Part shown: piece after piece, positions 58,125 to 64,000 of the stretch
How the letters are laid out: every line of letters starts with the position of its first letter
Numbering within the stretch: position 1 is the stretch's first letter
Assembly (NCBI GenBank): GCA_964516975.1
Contig: CAZFAS010000002.1
Location: forward strand, 4,818-68,817
Reading direction: 5' to 3'
Source: an uncultured Candidatus Saccharibacteria bacterium
GTDB taxonomy: Bacteria; Patescibacteriota; Minisyncoccia; Phycocordibacterales; Zambryskibacteraceae
DNA: 64,000 nt
Notes under the pieces: model-generated
Databases searched by the model: none
Seen by the model: only the letters and a program-made list of their open reading frames with translations
What the model was told of the DNA's origin: nothing
Program-made: the position numbers and the translations under genes

Positions 58125-58715
58125 ATGAATACAGACGAACAAAAAGTAACTACAGAAGAAGTACAACCTCAGACACTCGCCGAGGCTATGCCTGCTGAGC
58201 AAAAAGCTCCTGAACACGGCGGCCGAAGAGAGTTCAAAAAGAACCCTCGAAAATCTACACGAAAGGATACGAGAGTGCGATCAGAGTTTGATCATAAGAT
58301 CGTTTCAATCAGACGCGTGACTCGTGTTGTTGCTGGAGGACGAAGATTTAGTTTCTCGGTAACGCTTGTTGCAGGAAATCGAAAAGGAATGGTGGGAGTT
58401 GGACAAGGAAAAGCAGGTGAAACGCCGCTTGCTATCGATAAGGCGCTCCGTGACGCAAAGAAAAACATGATCACCGTAAAAACAACAAAGGAGATGTCTA
58501 TCCCTCATGAAGTAAATGCAAAATATGGTGCATCACGAGTGACTATTATGCCAGCTGCAGGACGGGGAATTCTCGCAGGAAGTTCTGTCCGTACAGTTCT
58601 TGAGCTTGCTGGTCTTACATCAGTAAATGCAAAAATGCTCTCAGGTACAAAGAACCGAGCAAATAATGCAAAGGTTGCTATCACTGCACTCGCAAAACTT
58701 TCACGAAGATCATAA
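58125..58715 (+). CDS. rpsE: 30S ribosomal protein S5
   Basis: dsRBD plus the S5 C-terminal domain 'GRRFSFSVTLVAGNRKGMVGVGQGKA'. Has an N-terminal extension. Confidence 0.9.
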   Translation: MNTDEQKVTTEEVQPQTLAEAMPAEQKAPEHGGRREFKKNPRKSTRKDTRVRSEFDHKIVSIRRVTRVVAGGRRFSFSVTLVAGNRKGMVGVGQGKAGETPLAIDKALRDAKKNMITVKTTKEMSIPHEVNAKYGASRVTIMPAAGRGILAGSSVRTVLELAGLTSVNAKMLSGTKNRANNAKVAITALAKLSRRS

Positions 58716-58719
58716 ACAT

Positions 58720-59160
58720 ATGCAATTACATACAATAAAAAGAAAAAATAAGAATAAGAAAAGTCCTGCTGTAGGACGTGGTGGAAAGCGTGGAAAAACA
58801 TCTGGAAAGGGAACAAAGGGCCAGAACGCACGTTCTGGAAGAAAAAAGCGCCCAGAAATGAGAGATGTAATCAAGCGTTTCCCTAAACTTAGAGGACGAG
58901 GAAAAAATAGTAACAAAACTATTCAAAACAGTTCCGTGCCTGTAAATCTTACTCGACTTGAAGCTACATTCGATGCAGGAAGTATTGTATCTCCAAAAAC
59001 TCTTATTGAAAAAGGTGTAGTAAAAAGTCAGAAGGGAGCTTATCCAAAGGTAAAAATTCTCGGAGACGGAGAAATTACTAAGAAACTCACTATTGTTGAT
59101 TGCGCAGTATCTCTCAGTGCTAAAGAGAAGATTGAGAAGGCAGGTGGCAGTGTGAAGTAA
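58720..59160 (+). CDS. rplO: 50S ribosomal protein L15
   Basis: 'MQLHTIKRKNK...GRGGKRGKTSGKGTKGQ'. ATG at 58720, 5 nt after the rpsE stop. No rpmD (L30) lies between. Confidence 0.85.
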   Translation: MQLHTIKRKNKNKKSPAVGRGGKRGKTSGKGTKGQNARSGRKKRPEMRDVIKRFPKLRGRGKNSNKTIQNSSVPVNLTRLEATFDAGSIVSPKTLIEKGVVKSQKGAYPKVKILGDGEITKKLTIVDCAVSLSAKEKIEKAGGSVK

Positions 59161-59179
59161 GATATAACATACTATATAG

Positions 59180-60451
59180 ATGAAAACTTTTTTTGAGAAA
59201 ATACGATTGGTGTTTAGCGACAGGGTTCTCAGAAAGCGAATCCTCTTTACACTAGGGGCTCTTGTGCTTTTCCGTTTACTTGCAACAATTCCAGTTCCTG
59301 GAATCGACGCAAGTAGAATCGCAAGCTTCTTTTCATCAAACCAACTTTTCGGTTTGATTAACCTTTTTTCTGGAGGTGGATTTTCAAATCTTTCTATTAT
59401 CATGCTTGGTGTAGGGCCGTATATTACTGCGTCTATCATCATGCAGCTCCTCACAATCATTTTCCCAAAGCTTAAGGCTATGTATCAGGATGAAGGGGAC
59501 ATAGGAAGAAAGAAGTTTGCTCAATATGGAAGAATTCTTACTGTTCCACTCGCAGTCTTTCAAGGGTTCGCATTCCTCACATTGCTTACACGACAAAATG
59601 TTATCGGCCAACTTAGTGGTTTTGAAACAATCGTAAATATCGCAATCATTACTGCGGGATCGATGCTCCTCATGTGGATCGGAGAGCTCATTACAGAATT
59701 TGGAATTGGAAATGGTACATCACTCATCATCTTCTCAGGTATCGTGACGAGACTCCCACAGTCTATCGGTCAGCTATTCTATACATTTGATGTTTCTCAG
59801 ATTCCACTCTATATCGCATTCGTAGTAGCAGCAATTGTTATTATCTACGCTGTGGTTGTTATTACTGAAGCAGAACGACCAATACCAGTAACATATGCAA
59901 AGAGAGTTCGTGGTGCAAAAGTGTACGGCGGTCTTTCAACATACTTACCACTTCGAGTGAATCAGGCAGGAGTTATTCCAATTATCTTCGCACTTTCGAT
60001 CCTCCTTTTCCCTCAGCTTATCTTTAGTTTCCTTTCAAATATTGATAATGCGACACTGCAGACTGTTTCAAAGTTTGTACTCAAAGTTATTGCAAATCAG
60101 TGGTTCTACGCTATCGCGTACTTCTTCTTGGTATTTGTTTTCACATATTTCTATACTGCAGTTACATTCGATCCACATATGATTGCAACAAATCTCCAGA
60201 AGAACGGGGCGTTTATCCCAGGAGTACGACCAGGAGAATCAACATCTGAGCACATCTCAAATATCCTCACACGCCTCACACTTGTGGGAGCACTCTTCCT
60301 CGGAGTGATCGCAGTATTGCCACTTATTATGAGAGCAATCACGGGTATTCAATCTCTTGCTATCGGAGGAACAGCACTCCTCATCGTGGTGTCTGTGGTT
60401 ATTGATCTCATTAAGAAAATTGAAGCGCAGGTTTCGATTCGAGAGTACTAA
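59180..60451 (+). CDS. secY: Preprotein translocase subunit SecY
   Basis: 423 aa with 10 TM segments. 'GGGFSNLSIIMLGVGPYITASIIMQLL' is the SecY signature. Confidence 0.9.
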   Translation: MKTFFEKIRLVFSDRVLRKRILFTLGALVLFRLLATIPVPGIDASRIASFFSSNQLFGLINLFSGGGFSNLSIIMLGVGPYITASIIMQLLTIIFPKLKAMYQDEGDIGRKKFAQYGRILTVPLAVFQGFAFLTLLTRQNVIGQLSGFETIVNIAIITAGSMLLMWIGELITEFGIGNGTSLIIFSGIVTRLPQSIGQLFYTFDVSQIPLYIAFVVAAIVIIYAVVVITEAERPIPVTYAKRVRGAKVYGGLSTYLPLRVNQAGVIPIIFALSILLFPQLIFSFLSNIDNATLQTVSKFVLKVIANQWFYAIAYFFLVFVFTYFYTAVTFDPHMIATNLQKNGAFIPGVRPGESTSEHISNILTRLTLVGALFLGVIAVLPLIMRAITGIQSLAIGGTALLIVVSVVIDLIKKIEAQVSIREY

Positions 60452-60464
60452 TATCTATTTACAA

Positions 60465-60492
60465 AAAATGCCACGGAAGTGGCATTTTTTGT
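60465..60492 (+). terminator. Terminator after secY
   Basis: aaaaaatgccac-ggaa-gtggcatttttt. Confidence 0.55.
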
Positions 60493-60545
60493 ATCCTCTA
60501 GCATTTACCTCCTAAAAGCTATATTCTGATAGCAATATACACATT

Positions 60546-61136
60546 ATGAATTCATATATATTTATTGGGCGTTCTGGGTGTGGTAAGGGGACGCAGGCAG
60601 AATTATTAAAGAAATATCTTGAGGAAAAGGGCAGGTCACTCCTTTATATTGAAACTGGGGACGAATTTCGCCATTACATAACAGGAAGTAATTATTCAAA
60701 CCAACGATCAAATGAGGCATATCAGAGAGATGAACGACAGCCAGATTTTCTCGCATGTTATATGTGGACGAAGGTATTGTCACAGGAGTTTAAAGGTTCT
60801 GAGGACGTTATGTTTGATGGAACACCACGATCTCTTCTTGAAGCAAAAGTGCTTGAAACCGCAATAGATTTTTTCCACTTTGATACACGGTTCATTATTA
60901 ATCTCGATGTTTCGAAGGATTGGTCTCGAGAGCGACTCTTAGCAAGAGGGAGATCGGATGACGCGACACTTACGAAGATCGATAAACGTCTTGCATGGTA
61001 TGAAAAGGATGCTCTTCCAGCGGTAGAGTATTTTAAGGATTCTCCTGCATTCCAATTTTGTAATATTAATGGCGAGCAGACTGTTGAACTGGTTCATGCA
61101 GATATAGTAGCTTGTATAGAACCGCATCTTTCATAA
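60546..61136 (+). CDS. adk: Adenylate kinase-family nucleoside monophosphate kinase
   Basis: P-loop 'IFIGRSGCGKGTQA'. Sits in the conserved secY-adk-map position. Short form without a Cys-rich LID. Confidence 0.7.
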   Translation: MNSYIFIGRSGCGKGTQAELLKKYLEEKGRSLLYIETGDEFRHYITGSNYSNQRSNEAYQRDERQPDFLACYMWTKVLSQEFKGSEDVMFDGTPRSLLEAKVLETAIDFFHFDTRFIINLDVSKDWSRERLLARGRSDDATLTKIDKRLAWYEKDALPAVEYFKDSPAFQFCNINGEQTVELVHADIVACIEPHLS

Positions 61137-61137
61137 T

Positions 61138-61911
61138 ATGTCGATATTACTCAAATCTGTCGAAGAGTTTGAAATTTTAAAGGTGGGTGGAGAGCGTCAC
61201 GCGCGGATTTTGCGTGAACTTCGAGATATGGTTGCACCTGGGATGAGTACTTTTGAGCTTGAACAATACGCACAGAAGAGGATTAAAGAGTATGGTGACG
61301 CTGCATCTTTTCATCACTACAAACCAGAAGGTGCTAAACGTCCATATCCCGCAGCACTCTGTGTTTCTATCAATGAAGAAATCGTCCACGGCATTCCCAA
61401 TGAAGATCCAAAAATTTTAAAAGATGGAGATATTGTAAGTATTGATCTCGGGCTCACTCATGAAGGGCTTATAACTGACGCTGCACTGACTGTTGCAGTA
61501 GGGAATGTGACAGTCATTGAAAAAGAATTAATTCGTGCAACTCGTGAAGCGCTCGATGCGGGGATTATGCAAGCGAAAGGGGGAAATACTATCGGTGATA
61601 TTGGTTTTGCGATTGAGTCAGTAGCAAAAAAATATGGTTTCGCATTAGCTGAGGGACTTTCTGGCCATGGTGTCGGGTATGATGTGCATGAAGATCCATA
61701 TGTTCCTAATTCTGGAAAGCAAGGAAAGGGTGAGAAGCTTGTACCAGGGATGGTGATCGCGATCGAGCCGATGCTTGTACTTGGGAAGGGGGATATCGTC
61801 CTAGCAAAAGATGGGTATACGTTCAAAACAAAAGATGGAAAAAAGAGTACCCATTTTGAACATACAGTGGGAATTACCGAAGGAGATCCGATAGTATTTA
61901 CTCGATTATAA
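61138..61911 (+). CDS. map: Methionine aminopeptidase type I
   Basis: 'GDIVSIDLG', 'GHGVGYDVHEDP' and 'GMVIAIEPM' are metal-ligand motifs. Confidence 0.9.
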   Translation: MSILLKSVEEFEILKVGGERHARILRELRDMVAPGMSTFELEQYAQKRIKEYGDAASFHHYKPEGAKRPYPAALCVSINEEIVHGIPNEDPKILKDGDIVSIDLGLTHEGLITDAALTVAVGNVTVIEKELIRATREALDAGIMQAKGGNTIGDIGFAIESVAKKYGFALAEGLSGHGVGYDVHEDPYVPNSGKQGKGEKLVPGMVIAIEPMLVLGKGDIVLAKDGYTFKTKDGKKSTHFEHTVGITEGDPIVFTRL

Positions 61912-61967
61912 TTCTATTGAAATAGGTAAGGGAGTGTAGTAGTGTTGTTGTCTAATATATATTTACC

Positions 61968-62567
61968 ATGAAACCACAAAAAGAAAGGACATTTGTTTTG
62001 ATTAAGCATGATGGGGTACAGCGAACACTTATTGGTGAAATTATAAATCGGCTTGAGAGAACTGGCTTGAAAATTGTAGCAATGAAGATGTTTGTTCCAG
62101 ACAGAGAGCGAGCAGTCGTGCATTACGGTAAGGATGATGCATGGTGCGAGAAAGTCGGCTCACGAACAATTGAAAATATGGGGAAGATGGGTTTGAAGCC
62201 TGAAAAAACTGCAGTGGAGTATGGCAGGGATGTGGTTGAGGCGCTCCTTTCGTACATTACTCTAGGTCCCGTAGTTGCTATGGTTATAGAGGGAAACCAG
62301 TCAGTTGGAATTGTGAAAAAGCTCGTTGGAGGTACAGAACCACTTACTTCCGATGTGGGAACAATCCGAGGTGATCTTACTGTTGATTCATATGATAATG
62401 CAAACGTAGGGGGAAGAGCGGTGCGAAATCTCATACACTGTACTGATAAGCCAGAAGAAGCTCAAAGAGAAATCGATATCTGGTTTAAACCGGAAGAAAT
62501 TATTAATTACAATCTCGTACAAGAAAAGATTCTGTACGATGTAAACATCGATGGTATCCTCGAGTAA
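61968..62567 (+). CDS. ndk: Nucleoside diphosphate kinase (long form)
   Basis: 'ERTFVLIKHDGVQRTLIGEII', 'NLIHCTD' (active-site His), and a C-terminal extension. Confidence 0.8.
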   Translation: MKPQKERTFVLIKHDGVQRTLIGEIINRLERTGLKIVAMKMFVPDRERAVVHYGKDDAWCEKVGSRTIENMGKMGLKPEKTAVEYGRDVVEALLSYITLGPVVAMVIEGNQSVGIVKKLVGGTEPLTSDVGTIRGDLTVDSYDNANVGGRAVRNLIHCTDKPEEAQREIDIWFKPEEIINYNLVQEKILYDVNIDGILE

Positions 62568-62569
62568 TA

Positions 62570-62598
62570 AAAAACCCTCATTTATGAGGGTTTTTTAT
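62570..62598 (+). terminator. Terminator after ndk
   Basis: aaaaaccctcat-ttatgagggttttttatt. Confidence 0.6.
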
Positions 62599-62885
62599 TA
62601 CTCGGACTTCATACTTCTAAATTTTGTATTCTAATTTACTATGCACCTTTTTTTCTTTTTTGAGGGGAATATAATACGGGTAGGGTTATTTGGCATATTA
62701 TCTAGATTAAATCATTTTTCAGGGAGTTCAAAAGCAATGTTTTCTGTGAGCCTCACGGTTCTAACGAATCCATTTGAGAACACCCACCTAGTATATTACT
62801 AGGGCAATATGTCCAAGTAGCCCACATTAAGATACCCACCTCGCGTGGGTGTTTTAATTTAGTGTTGCTATAATGATGTTCATAT

Positions 62886-63278
62886 ATGAATACGAAAGTG
62901 CTGATTCCTATCTTTATCTCTGCGATACTTGTTCTCATCTTGCACCTTATCGCTATCGCAGAACATCTCTATTGGAAGTATTGGTGGTATGACAATATCG
63001 TCCATTTTCTTGGAGGCATTACCATTTCACTTGTTGTTTTATTTTATTTAGAACGTTTCCAGTTTTTAAAAAATACTTCTGAGCTTGGATATATGGGATT
63101 CGGCTGTCTTGGGGCACTCATCGTTTCACTTTTGTGGGAATTTTTCGAATATAGTGCGGGAGTTTCTTTTGTAACAGCAAATAGTTTTGTGCTCGATACG
63201 GTTCTTGATATTTCGACGGGATTTATCGGAGCTTGGTGTGCCAGTATGTATGCATATGCAATGAGAAAAACACAATGA
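62886..63278 (+). CDS. Hypothetical small membrane protein (4 predicted TM helices)
   Basis: 130 aa and hydrophobic. Preceded by an extended -10-like 'tgctataat' at 62864-62872. Its stop overlaps the next start (ATGA). Confidence 0.5.
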   Translation: MNTKVLIPIFISAILVLILHLIAIAEHLYWKYWWYDNIVHFLGGITISLVVLFYLERFQFLKNTSELGYMGFGCLGALIVSLLWEFFEYSAGVSFVTANSFVLDTVLDISTGFIGAWCASMYAYAMRKTQ

Positions 63279-64000
63279 ACAATATAAACATTACATTTTA
63301 TGGTGGGGTTGGGAGCGTAACGGGGGCAAATTTCCTAGTTGAAGGAAATAATTTTCGTTTCCTCGTTGATTGTGGATTGGTACAGGGTAGTGTTGGTGCA
63401 GATGAAGAGAATAAAAAATCATTCGAATATGATCCTGGGGGTATAGATTACCTTTTTATTACACACGCACACATTGATCACATTGGTAGAATCCCGAAGC
63501 TTGTGCATGATGGTTTCCATGGGACAATTTATTCAACTCCAGAAACAAAGGAGATCGCAGAGCTTATGCTAACAGATGCTGCACATATTATGGATATGGA
63601 GTCGAGAAGCTCAGGAACTCTTCCTCTCTATAGTCCACACGATGTGACAACCACGTTTACGCTATGGAAGACAATCCCATACCACTCTCAAGTTGATATT
63701 CAAGGAAAATTTAGTGTTTTTTTGAAGGATGCAGGTCATATCTTAGGATCCTCGATGTATATATTCACTTTAGGAAGTGGGGAAGGTGAGAGTAAAAAGA
63801 TTTTGTTTACGGGTGATTTAGGAAATTCACCGTCAATTCTACTCCCTGATACTGAGTTTGTGGATGATGTGAATTATATTGTTATGGATAGCGTGTATGG
63901 TGATAGAAATCATGAATCAAAAGATGAACGTGACGAGCGATTTAAGGAAGTTTTACTCGATACAATTACTCGGAGGGCGACACTGGTGATCCCCGCTTTC
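63275..64000 (+). CDS. MBL-fold metallo-hydrolase, 5' portion (possibly beta-CASP/RNase J-like); runs off the 3' edge
   Basis: 'ITFYGGVGSVTGANFLVEGNNFRFLVDCG' and 'ITHAHIDHIG' (HxHxDH) are MBL motifs. There is no stop within the window. Confidence 0.6.
   Translation, partial: MNNINITFYGGVGSVTGANFLVEGNNFRFLVDCGLVQGSVGADEENKKSFEYDPGGIDYLFITHAHIDHIGRIPKLVHDGFHGTIYSTPETKEIAELMLTDAAHIMDMESRSSGTLPLYSPHDVTTTFTLWKTIPYHSQVDIQGKFSVFLKDAGHILGSSMYIFTLGSGEGESKKILFTGDLGNSPSILLPDTEFVDDVNYIVMDSVYGDRNHESKDERDERFKEVLLDTITRRATLVIPAF

Noticed and set aside
58726-59460. 244-aa - ORF
   Set aside because: Antisense to rplO and secY, which have strong homology on the + strand.

Overview
The window reads as a compact, AT-rich bacterial chromosome segment with a Candidate Phyla Radiation (Patescibacteria/Parcubacteria-like) character. 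The supporting observations are small genes with operonic overlaps, a long rpsL-rpsG-fusA-tuf-S10/spc/secY-adk-map ribosomal superoperon with rpsE followed directly by rplO (rpmD/L30 absent), tRNAs without encoded CCA next to a cca gene, a type IV pilus locus with very large pilin-like proteins, and ComEC split across two genes. No CRISPR array or obvious prophage was seen.

Four regions stand out.
- Positions 1-19.6 kb hold housekeeping genes (comM/yifB, DksA/TraR-like, NYN protein, rpsO, Xer-type recombinase, xth, cca, yraN, a MutY-like glycosylase lacking Fe-S cysteines, hup, rny, clpP, rsmE, tig, ppa, nusA). Interleaved with them is a four-tRNA cluster: an Arg(TCG) candidate, Gly(TCC), Pro(TGG) and Gly(GCC).
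- Positions 19.8-32.3 kb form a surface/secretion block. It contains a lipoprotein metzincin-type protease, an ~1050-aa Ig/FN3/PKD-repeat surface protein with DNA-level tandem domain repeats, and pilB-pilC followed by three prepilin-like genes, one of them ~598 aa.
- Positions 32.3-44.3 kb carry tpiA-pgk, HIT, recJ, rnhA with a C-terminal extension, the membrane part of ComEC, sod, two small orphan ORFs, a stand-alone ComEC-type metallo-beta-lactamase (MBL) domain, a histidine kinase with response regulator, a divergent ClpP paralog flanked by identical hairpins, rpmB and an M50 protease.
- Positions 44.4-62.6 kb are the ribosomal protein superoperon.

The most unusual sequence-level observation concerns the two tRNA-Gly genes. 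Each is followed by a terminator hairpin, a segment complementary to its own T-arm, and a partial direct copy of its own 3' end. For tRNA-Gly(TCC) this includes a 50-nt truncated tRNA-like minihelix.

The best candidate for a functionally coherent, under-described system is the adhesion/DNA-uptake theme. Its components are the type IV pilus genes, the giant pilin, the giant adhesin, the metzincin, the split ComEC, ComM and RecJ.
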